From IMG/VR virus record IMGVR_UViG_3300044678_002668, positions 1-64,000 of that record: 64,000 bases of DNA; one strand, 5' to 3'. A program made the translations under genes and the position numbers. Source of the stretch: a virus. This document shows, piece by piece, positions 27,095 to 33,940 of this stretch. The notes beneath the pieces were generated by a model. It did no database searches and was not told the DNA's origin. It was given only the letters and a program-made list of their open reading frames with translations. Position 1 is the stretch's first letter, and each line of letters starts with the position of its first letter.

Positions 27095-27252
27095 CTAATT
27101 TAGAATACAATATGTGGGATGAATGTAATGTTATATCTGAACATAATGTTTGGGTAGAACACACTACTCCTGAAAATAGAAATCATTTTCAAGCTTCTTT
27201 TACAAGTAACTGGTCTTGGTGGATTATGAAAACAGGGGAATATATTACATGA
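27091..27252 (+). CDS. micro-protein D7 (MTNL..., 53 aa)
   Basis: GTGA overlap. Confidence 0.7.
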   Translation: MTNLEYNMWDECNVISEHNVWVEHTTPENRNHFQASFTSNWSWWIMKTGEYIT

Positions 27253-27584
27253 AATACGAAAAGTATAAAGATTTCACACAGTTAACAGGATCGTTAGAGG
27301 ACATTGCTCTTGGTCTTGAGGATGAGCTAGTTAATGTGGACATTAAAGTCAAGCGTAAGAACTTCTTGGAGTGGTTGGGAGGAGATGAAGTTATCCTAGA
27401 ATCTGAATGGCCTCTTTATTGGGGCTCATCCTTTACTCTTAAAGGAGTATTGGAACCTCAAGAAGGAACCTGGGAAGTGGAGTTAGCGGTTACTGAGGGG
27501 GGAGATGAGGTGAGTGTATACGATATGGGGAACACTCTCTATTCCTACTTAGACGAACTCTTATCAGATTACACTAATACGTGA
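27249..27584 (+). CDS. acidic hypothetical protein
   Basis: ATGA overlap at 27249; E/D-rich, 111 aa. Confidence 0.7.
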   Translation: MKYEKYKDFTQLTGSLEDIALGLEDELVNVDIKVKRKNFLEWLGGDEVILESEWPLYWGSSFTLKGVLEPQEGTWEVELAVTEGGDEVSVYDMGNTLYSYLDELLSDYTNT

Positions 27585-27599
27585 CATCCTGTTTATAGC

Positions 27600-27995
27600 T
27601 ACCCTTGCGCTTCGTGCTTTTAGGCACTACGCTTTTGGCGTTTGCTTAGATACACTAACCCTATTACGGGACTTTAAGTTACGCCGTTCCTTTTGGGAAC
27701 ATTGGCGGGACATATAGCTTAGAACCCTTATGGGTTCAGTCTAGGGTGGCTTATGCCACCGAGCTGTTCAAGAGGGTAGAGCCTCTCTAGGGTAGTATGC
27801 CCAGCTCTTGACCACCTGTGGTTAGGCTAGTAGAATATATATCTACAGTCGGTTAACCTAACTCTTTGGGCGGGCCTTGCGCCTTCACTATATGTCCAGG
27901 TTCAGACCCTTGATTGTCCTTTAAGAAGGGGCACTAGTAGTCTAACCTGTTTGGCCTGGCCTCATTAGCTTCGGCGTCTAATGGGTAGGTCTTAC
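27600..27995 (+). ncRNA. candidate large structured non-coding RNA/ssDNA element (strand from G-U pairs; leftward promoter argues for minus)
   Basis: no ORF >=60 aa; more than 12 stems incl. GGACATATAG(27708-17)/CTATATGTCC(27888-97), GAACCC-ttat-GGGTTC, GGTGGC-ttat-GCCACC. Confidence 0.65.
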
Positions 27996-27999
27996 TATT

Positions 28000-28028
28000 A
28001 TTGTAATATTATTTGTTACTTAAGTAAA
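28000..28028 (-). promoter_or_regulatory. leftward promoter(s) facing the structured element
   Basis: TAACAAATAAT at 28018-28008 nested in TTTACT-17 nt-TACAAT. Confidence 0.55.
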
Positions 28029-28053
28029 GAATAAAAAGAGTAAAAGGAGTGAC

Positions 28054-28245
28054 ATGATTATCTTAGATTACTTTGATGGGTCTCTTATTAAAGAGTTAAG
28101 ACGAGAGATTAAGAACTTACAATTTCAACAAGAATATATGAAACAGTTTGAAGATATTTATGTAGGTACTCGAGACAGTTTTTTAAGTATTGGAATAAAT
28201 TATATTTCTGACCATTATAAGAGGTATATGGATACATGGTTTTAA
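28054..28245 (+). CDS. micro-protein E1 (MIIL..., 63 aa)
   Basis: AAGGAG SD; RDSFL motif. Confidence 0.75.
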   Translation: MIILDYFDGSLIKELRREIKNLQFQQEYMKQFEDIYVGTRDSFLSIGINYISDHYKRYMDTWF

Positions 28246-28418
28246 TCACAAATGAACTTGGATTTTATAACCACTATCTAAAACATACAGATGGAGATAT
28301 TCCTGCTGAAGAAGATAGTCCAATCTGGTATTATTTTTTTGGTAGTGATAGGGATGGTATGCTAGTATCTCATTCATATTTATGGGAATTTATTAAAGAA
28401 CATATGGAGACTATGTAA
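28236..28418 (+). CDS. micro-protein E2 (MVLI..., 60 aa)
   Basis: RDGML motif. Confidence 0.75.
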   Translation: MVLITNELGFYNHYLKHTDGDIPAEEDSPIWYYFFGSDRDGMLVSHSYLWEFIKEHMETM

Positions 28419-28419
28419 G

Positions 28420-28608
28420 ATGACGAGCCTACATGAGTTTGGAATTGTAAGATATTATCTTTTTGATAGCGGCGCCACTTTAGACATCTTAGAGCTTAAA
28501 AAAACTCTCTATTATAGAGAACAGCCTTCCATGAGAGACAGTTTTTTATCTATAAAAACAACTTATTTATTCTCTGATTTGGATACTTATTTAGAAAGAG
28601 GTTTATGA
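28420..28608 (+). CDS. micro-protein E3 (MTSL..., 62 aa)
   Basis: RDSFL motif. Confidence 0.75.
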   Translation: MTSLHEFGIVRYYLFDSGATLDILELKKTLYYREQPSMRDSFLSIKTTYLFSDLDTYLERGL

Positions 28609-28760
28609 AAATCTTATCTTATGAGAATGCAATACCAGCATACTTTGACTATGATGTTGTTTACTATCTTTTTTTCGCAGCTTCTGGTGATGGTTTTTTA
28701 ACATTAGGAGATTGCGATACGATGCTACGTATTATGGAAAAGGTTTTGGAAAATTTATGA
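28605..28760 (+). CDS. micro-protein E4 (MKIL..., 51 aa)
   Basis: ATGA overlaps; GDGFL motif. Confidence 0.7.
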   Translation: MKILSYENAIPAYFDYDVVYYLFFAASGDGFLTLGDCDTMLRIMEKVLENL

Positions 28761-28939
28761 ATCCTATATATAAGCCTATTAGCCTGATATTAAACATGTA
28801 CTATAGTGTTAAACAAAACCTGTTAGTAAATAATGTAGCTCATAATGGTGGATTTACTTATCTAAGAGATGGATGGTTTACTAGAAATACTTCTAAACTT
28901 TTATTTGAAATTTTTGAAGAGGCTTTTAATGTACTCTAA
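28757..28939 (+). CDS. micro-protein E5 (MNPI..., 60 aa)
   Basis: ATGA overlap; RDGWF motif. Confidence 0.7.
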   Translation: MNPIYKPISLILNMYYSVKQNLLVNNVAHNGGFTYLRDGWFTRNTSKLLFEIFEEAFNVL

Positions 28940-29714
28940 ATATGATGACCATACCTTTCTTCCCCTAACAATTAACGAACATGGCCGTCCCGATGGAGGA
29001 GATAGTTTAGCTAACTTTGCAAGATATTACCTAGCATGTTTAGCCACTGGCAAACCCTTTACATTAGAACCTCTAACACATGTCCTCTCCCCAGAAGGAG
29101 TTTGTATTAGACATCCAGGAGAAGGCTTTTATTGCAGCTTCTATTATCAAGGTCCGCTTTTTTGGAACAACCCTAAAGAAGTTAGTAGGGACCAAATGAA
29201 AGCTTTAATGTGGGTTATGGCCTATTATAAGAAACATCCCGAATTGTTAAAGGACAAGCCCAAATTCGCAACACTCTTCACACAGCTCGAATACCTTTAT
29301 TCTAAAAGGCTATATATGTTTGCCCAGAATGGTGACGTTATGTTGCCTTTCTTTATGGCTAAATCTTATCCTTGGCTCCTGTTTAGAGATTTAGAAATGT
29401 TAATTAACCTTGCCATTGTTTGTGGGGTATTACCAATTGTAAGGCATGATAAGCCTTGGGGATTTGGTAAAGGATACAAGGTCATGTTTAGTTGGCAAGA
29501 TAAGGAAGACTGGTGTGATGGAGATTGCAACATGCTTGTTGACTTGATTGGTTCTTTTCTGATAAAAGATACCTGGATGTCAAAGTGGATGCGACGTATC
29601 TATAATAAAATTAGAGGAGATAAATATATCCAACACTATTATAGAAATGAATCTGGCAATAATGAAGAGATTGGTAGGGAGCTAGCTTTAGCTGGAAAGA
29701 GCAGTACTTTATGA
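28929..29714 (+). CDS. hypothetical enzyme-like protein
   Basis: start 28929 (GAGG SD); DGGDS, IRHP and SRDQ motifs. Confidence 0.7.
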   Translation: MYSKYDDHTFLPLTINEHGRPDGGDSLANFARYYLACLATGKPFTLEPLTHVLSPEGVCIRHPGEGFYCSFYYQGPLFWNNPKEVSRDQMKALMWVMAYYKKHPELLKDKPKFATLFTQLEYLYSKRLYMFAQNGDVMLPFFMAKSYPWLLFRDLEMLINLAIVCGVLPIVRHDKPWGFGKGYKVMFSWQDKEDWCDGDCNMLVDLIGSFLIKDTWMSKWMRRIYNKIRGDKYIQHYYRNESGNNEEIGRELALAGKSSTL

Positions 29715-29854
29715 AATCCATTAAAGATCGAGATGAATTTAATTCTCATGTATATGATTCTTCAATAGCGTATTGTTTTTTTGAACATCGTAGCTCTGCC
29801 ATAAGTTCAGATTTTTCTAACACTCTTTTAGAGGAATATATATGGAACTTATAA
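29711..29854 (+). CDS. micro-protein F1 (MKSI..., 47 aa)
   Basis: ATGA overlap. Confidence 0.65.
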   Translation: MKSIKDRDEFNSHVYDSSIAYCFFEHRSSAISSDFSNTLLEEYIWNL

Positions 29855-29970
29855 GTGTTATGTATCTTATTAAAAATAGGCTGTATAGCTTCTATATAGA
29901 AGTTCTATACAATACAAAATTTTACTTAGTTACTGAGTTTTATTATGGTTTTATACAGGAGTGGTTTTGA
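29842..29970 (+). CDS. micro-protein F2 (MELI..., 42 aa)
   Basis: GAGGA SD; 13-nt overlap. Confidence 0.65.
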   Translation: MELISVMYLIKNRLYSFYIEVLYNTKFYLVTEFYYGFIQEWF

Positions 29971-30095
29971 ATCTTTTACAAGATATACATAGCATGCAAA
30001 ATCATTCATTGCAATATATACATATAATTTACTTTTTAGAAGGAACCTCTCTTATTAGTTTTCCAAACTATACACCATACATAGAGTATTTATAA
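29967..30095 (+). CDS. micro-protein F3 (MNLL..., 42 aa, TTG start)
   Basis: AGGAG SD; TTGA overlap. Confidence 0.65.
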   Translation: MNLLQDIHSMQNHSLQYIHIIYFLEGTSLISFPNYTPYIEYL

Positions 30096-30217
30096 TGCGT
30101 TTATTACGAAGCTTATCAGCAGAACATTTTCCTACTTTTATCTTTCTTAAAACTTTTTATACTTTTAAATGGCAACTTTATGAAGGATTAAAAAGAGGTT
30201 GCAAATGTTTTTATTAG
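30095..30217 (+). CDS. micro-protein F4 (MRLL..., 40 aa)
   Basis: TAATG overlap. Confidence 0.65.
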   Translation: MRLLRSLSAEHFPTFIFLKTFYTFKWQLYEGLKRGCKCFY

Positions 30218-30342
30218 ATACAGTTTCAAGAAAACTAAACAATAAAGATCTCACAATGAATCTTTTTTCTTTGCGAGATTATGAAAAGTCTTTTAAATAC
30301 CGTTTAGTTGTGGACATAATGAAAAAAGGAGAAAGGCTATAA
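30205..30342 (+). CDS. micro-protein F5 (MFLL..., 45 aa)
   Basis: GAGGT SD; 13-nt overlap. Confidence 0.65.
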   Translation: MFLLDTVSRKLNNKDLTMNLFSLRDYEKSFKYRLVVDIMKKGERL

Positions 30343-30343
30343 T

Positions 30344-30544
30344 ATGACTTTTGATGAAGCGCACATGTATCTATTTGAAATGTTTGAAGAACTTAAAGAA
30401 AGTTTCTCTGAAGAAATGCAAGAAGTGTTGGTGGATACCCTAGCTCATCCACAAGAGCTAACTCTAGAAGATCTAAACGCTTTAGCAGAGGTAATGAATA
30501 TATCCTTAGAAAAAGTAAAACCAACCCTTTACATCGTAAAGTGA
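30344..30544 (+). CDS. small acidic helical protein
   Basis: 66 aa, SD present. Confidence 0.65.
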   Translation: MTFDEAHMYLFEMFEELKESFSEEMQEVLVDTLAHPQELTLEDLNALAEVMNISLEKVKPTLYIVK

Positions 30545-30556
30545 TTGGAGTACAAT
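30528..30556 (+). promoter_or_regulatory. sigma70-type promoter
   Basis: TTTACA-17 nt-TACAAT. Confidence 0.55.
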
Positions 30557-30563
30557 AAGGGAT

Positions 30564-30668
30564 ATGACTAACTTAATTAATACTGCTTTCAACATTTCTT
30601 TAGTGGCGTTTATGATTTGGGCACCACTATTTTCAGTTTGGATTATATGGAAACATTCTTCAAAATAG
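30564..30668 (+). CDS. single-TM peptide (34 aa)
   Basis: MTNLINTAFNISLVAFMIWAPLFSVWIIWKHSSK; AAGGG SD. Confidence 0.5.
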   Translation: MTNLINTAFNISLVAFMIWAPLFSVWIIWKHSSK

Positions 30669-30738
30669 TGTTCATTATCTTTATGTTAAAGCTAAGTGGT
30701 ACCTTTATTGATTGGGTATCTGGAAAGGAATAAGTTAT

Positions 30739-31038
30739 ATGGCTAGACCACCAATGGCTAACAGAATTCGTTATGTTAAAGTAGAAGACGGAGTATATAA
30801 ATCCTTCCGTCGTTATAATGGCTATCTAGTTTTGCTTTACGTGAAGCTTAAGTCTTTTAAGATTATTGATGATCTTGGTAAGTCAGTAGTAGAAGGCACC
30901 ATTATGGGAGGTAGCCACCAGTTAAAAGTGGCAGCTAAGAAAGCTTTAATGAAACTGGGAGTGGCGTTTAAAGAAGAAGGACGAGATAATACAAGTCGCA
31001 TCTTAAAGAAAGCTAAAGAGAAAGGATTGATTAAATGA
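30739..31038 (+). CDS. basic hypothetical protein
   Basis: AAAGGA SD before ATG 30739. Confidence 0.65.
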   Translation: MARPPMANRIRYVKVEDGVYKSFRRYNGYLVLLYVKLKSFKIIDDLGKSVVEGTIMGGSHQLKVAAKKALMKLGVAFKEEGRDNTSRILKKAKEKGLIK

Positions 31039-31451
31039 GCAAAGCTTTAGGTTTTTTATTTGCATGTTTTATGTTAGGATGTCAACCAGCTTCTTATCAT
31101 TATCCTTATAATGACGAACATTTAATTCAAGCAGACAAAGAGTTAAAGGAAGCCATTGCCGCTTTACAAAATAGTATTACAGATCTTCAAGTAAGACAAG
31201 CAACTTTAGAGGGTTATGGATATGTAGCGGCAATTGTAGATCCCTGCACAGATCATCCAACAAAGATTGATGAAATCTTTTTAAGGTTAAGTGATGGAAG
31301 TCTTATTGCTTCTTTTTCAGATAATGCTAACGGACTAAATACAAGGTGGAGTATAATCCAAAATGGAACATATTCAACCACTGATGGTACGGGATGTACT
31401 TTCACTGTAAGCAATGGAGTAGTTAGTCCTTCTATTGTTAAGGAGCTTTAA
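31035..31451 (+). CDS. putative lipoprotein
   Basis: lipobox MLGC, coiled coil, C-terminal DPC...DE...TTDG..C domain. Confidence 0.65.
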   Translation: MSKALGFLFACFMLGCQPASYHYPYNDEHLIQADKELKEAIAALQNSITDLQVRQATLEGYGYVAAIVDPCTDHPTKIDEIFLRLSDGSLIASFSDNANGLNTRWSIIQNGTYSTTDGTGCTFTVSNGVVSPSIVKEL

Positions 31452-31517
31452 TACATGTCTCAAAGTGGTTGAAGAGGGTCGTCAACAAGTAGACTTAAAA
31501 GAAGATTGGAGGGGGTT

Positions 31518-31838
31518 GTGACATTTTATGAAGCATTAAAAGCGAACGAAACAAAGAGGGTGCGGTCTAAGCGCACTGGAATTATCTGGCTAGACGGTGA
31601 GTTGATTAAAGAGCTTAACGAAGGAAATTTTCATTTGAAGCCCAGCATCGAATACGAGTGGGAAGTCTTCGAGGAGCCCCAGGAGTTTTGGGGTGTTTTA
31701 GCAAACGACGATACCTTATCAATTTTGCGTAGTTCAAAGGAGTTAGCCATCGAGGCTTCAAAGAATTTCGGTAAATATTACAACAAAATCGCCCTATTCC
31801 GCGAAGTGCCAGGCACGCGTGAAGAGGTGAAGCCGTGA
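31518..31838 (+). CDS. hypothetical protein
   Basis: GGAGG SD before GTG 31518. Confidence 0.7.
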   Translation: MTFYEALKANETKRVRSKRTGIIWLDGELIKELNEGNFHLKPSIEYEWEVFEEPQEFWGVLANDDTLSILRSSKELAIEASKNFGKYYNKIALFREVPGTREEVKP

Positions 31839-31899
31839 AGCGATGGGAGTATTTCGAGAAGTGGAATAGCAAGCGCACAAGCGCAGAAAGTGAGAAGCG

Positions 31900-32235
31900 A
31901 TGAGCAAAATTAGATTCATTACATTCCGAAGCAACGGCGGACTTTATGGCTTTCCTGCGCGACTCGCGGCGGAAAGTCGCGCTAAATATTACGCCGCGAG
32001 AGATCAAGAAACTACATTCGGTGAAGAGTTTGAATATACCATGCAAGACGACTATGCGGCGGTTGACTGGTTTCGGAACGCCATGGACCCGACCGATGTC
32101 GCGGAACATTTGCGGTGCTTTGTTCAGCCCAACACTGACAATGCTTCGCTCATCGCTGAAGGCGTGGATTTTGATTTGCGTGACTACGACGCCGACGATT
32201 TGCCTCCTATGATGCCAAACAAAAAATTCAAATAA
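31900..32235 (+). CDS. hypothetical protein, GC-richer (probably recently acquired)
   Basis: 111 aa; flanked by imperfect 23-nt direct repeats. Confidence 0.7.
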   Translation: MSKIRFITFRSNGGLYGFPARLAAESRAKYYAARDQETTFGEEFEYTMQDDYAAVDWFRNAMDPTDVAEHLRCFVQPNTDNASLIAEGVDFDLRDYDADDLPPMMPNKKFK

Positions 32236-32269
32236 TGCGCTCGATCCACGACGCGGAAAGTGAGGAGAT

Positions 32270-32623
32270 ATGAGTCTTACAATGTGGTTCTATTGGATTG
32301 ATGTTTTGCAGAAAGTAGGAATTCTTTTTATTGTTTCTGGAGCGGCTTTGATTTTTCTTAGCGGTTTTATTGCTTTGTTTGCTAATGAGGTATTTGAAAT
32401 ACCGGAATTAAAAGCTAAAAAACTAATGGTTCTATCTTGGATTTGTGGATTTCTGTTAATTACACTTAGCATGTTTATTCCGTCAAAAGAAACCATGCAC
32501 GCTATGCTGGCCGCAGAAGCTGCTAACGAAATAGTGAAGCATCCTGAAGTTCAAAAAATCGGAGGTCGTGCGCTTGATATTCTGAATAAAAAACTTGATG
32601 AGATGGAAGGAGAAAAGAAATGA
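32270..32623 (+). CDS. two-TM membrane protein
   Basis: two hydrophobic helices then FIPSKETM. Confidence 0.75.
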   Translation: MSLTMWFYWIDVLQKVGILFIVSGAALIFLSGFIALFANEVFEIPELKAKKLMVLSWICGFLLITLSMFIPSKETMHAMLAAEAANEIVKHPEVQKIGGRALDILNKKLDEMEGEKK

Positions 32624-32889
32624 CACAACCTAAAACTTTGTTGCTATATCCTAGTCATGCCCGATGGTTTTTAAACAATCTTGACGTATATGAAAACCCT
32701 TGGACAAGTGAAATTGAAGACAAATATATTCGTGATATACATTATCACATGGCTCATGTTATGTATGATGAACCCATCGAAGTAAAAGTCCTTGGAACAA
32801 GTTGGGTAGCGGATAACACTTTTCGCATTCAACATCCAAGCGGCTCTAGTTATTATGTTGAAACTAAAGATGGAAAAACAGTTCGATAG
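32620..32889 (+). CDS. hypothetical protein
   Basis: ATGA overlap. Confidence 0.65.
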   Translation: MTQPKTLLLYPSHARWFLNNLDVYENPWTSEIEDKYIRDIHYHMAHVMYDEPIEVKVLGTSWVADNTFRIQHPSGSSYYVETKDGKTVR

Positions 32890-32907
32890 AATAGAAAAGG
32901 AGATTAA

Positions 32908-33117
32908 ATGACTGAAAAAGATTTACTTTCACTTTTACTTATTTTTTGTACTAAAACAAATGACTTAAATTATACTCACAAAGAGGTTGTTACAGCTCGA
33001 ATAAAATGTGTGAGTACATTAAGTAAATGTTCTATTGATGAAAAAACTCAAAAGTTTTCTTATAAGAAATTTTTAACAGATTGTGAAGAATCGGTTAAAC
33101 ATATAGTATTGAGGTAA
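32908..33117 (+). CDS. Cys-rich hypothetical protein
   Basis: GGAG SD, 69 aa. Confidence 0.6.
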   Translation: MTEKDLLSLLLIFCTKTNDLNYTHKEVVTARIKCVSTLSKCSIDEKTQKFSYKKFLTDCEESVKHIVLR

Positions 33118-33118
33118 C

Positions 33119-33331
33119 ATGACCTATATTGATTTTTCTCAAACCGAAGAAGCTAGAGTATTACCTCCTACTTTACAAACCCTCACCATCACTCTCAACG
33201 TATCCTCTTCCTCTCTTAAAGAGAACTTAGAAAAGTTAGCTAAAGAAAAGGATATGAGTGTAGAACAAATGTTAACAGAACATATGCAAGAAACTCTTGA
33301 GTATGTTTATAATCCAGAGGTACCTGTATGA
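33119..33331 (+). CDS. hypothetical protein (possible ribbon-helix-helix)
   Basis: 'TITLNVS..LKENLEKLAKEKDMSVEQML' RHH-like. Confidence 0.5.
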   Translation: MTYIDFSQTEEARVLPPTLQTLTITLNVSSSSLKENLEKLAKEKDMSVEQMLTEHMQETLEYVYNPEVPV

Positions 33332-33891
33332 TGATTAACGTACCCACCACGAAGGTTTATGTAAAGCCTGAATACTTAGGTCTATCTCCAGACCTTCCTT
33401 TACAAGAAGCCTATCTAATTGCGGTGGAAGGAAAACAAAATGAGTCTCTTAAGCACACTATACACCTTTCGTCTGGAGCTTTATTTGGTGGTTTACCGAT
33501 TGAATGTCTATACTGGAAAGAGGCAGCAGCTTCTTCTGAGCATGCTTTATTTTGGGACACCTCTGTATTACAACCGTATAGCTGTACAGAAGGGCCTATC
33601 CACTGTGTAGAGCTTTCCTATCTTCGCAACTATCAAGGAGTGGCTAGAATTGATGGAGCAGATTATAACGTAGAATATATGTTTACTATTTCCTATAGTG
33701 GTATTGGACTTACTTCTGACCCAGAACAGAATAAGACTCATAACTATGTAAAACTTTTAGACAACGGTCAAATTGCTGCGTTGCCTAATAACAAGCTTCT
33801 TTGGATTGATGAACATTTTACAGACAATGGAGATCCTGTAACATGGCCCCCTTATCGAAGGGTGAGCAAAAAGTATTTGGCTGGCAGTTAA
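33328..33891 (+). CDS. hypothetical phage protein
   Basis: 187 aa; ATGA overlap. Confidence 0.7.
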   Translation: MMINVPTTKVYVKPEYLGLSPDLPLQEAYLIAVEGKQNESLKHTIHLSSGALFGGLPIECLYWKEAAASSEHALFWDTSVLQPYSCTEGPIHCVELSYLRNYQGVARIDGADYNVEYMFTISYSGIGLTSDPEQNKTHNYVKLLDNGQIAALPNNKLLWIDEHFTDNGDPVTWPPYRRVSKKYLAGS

Positions 33892-33905
33892 GTTTCTGAT
33901 ATAAT
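33877..33905 (+). promoter_or_regulatory. promoter upstream of RNR
   Basis: TTGGCT-17 nt-TATAAT with extended TG. Confidence 0.6.
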
Positions 33906-33940
33906 AAAAATCCTAACCCCCAACACTCAAGGAGCCATTA

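Noticed and set aside
27926-27935. AAGGGGCACT resembling the 17.7-kb iteron
   Set aside because: Only a 10-nt partial match, and it forms part of a stem; may be chance.
27600-27995. Group I intron, tRNA cluster, tmRNA or RNase P RNA
   Set aside because: It interrupts no gene, and I found no convincing P7 R/S core, T-arm GTTCRA or RNase P signature by eye; Rfam confirmation is still needed.
15546-30342. Diversity-generating retroelement or integron behind the micro-ORF arrays
   Set aside because: No reverse transcriptase or integrase in the window, no near-identical template/variable repeat pair, no attC-like sites between ORFs.
15546-30342. Stop-codon recoding or pseudogene decay explaining the short ORFs
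   Set aside because: Successive ORFs change frame through canonical overlaps with SDs and use all three stops; long genes read normally in code 11.
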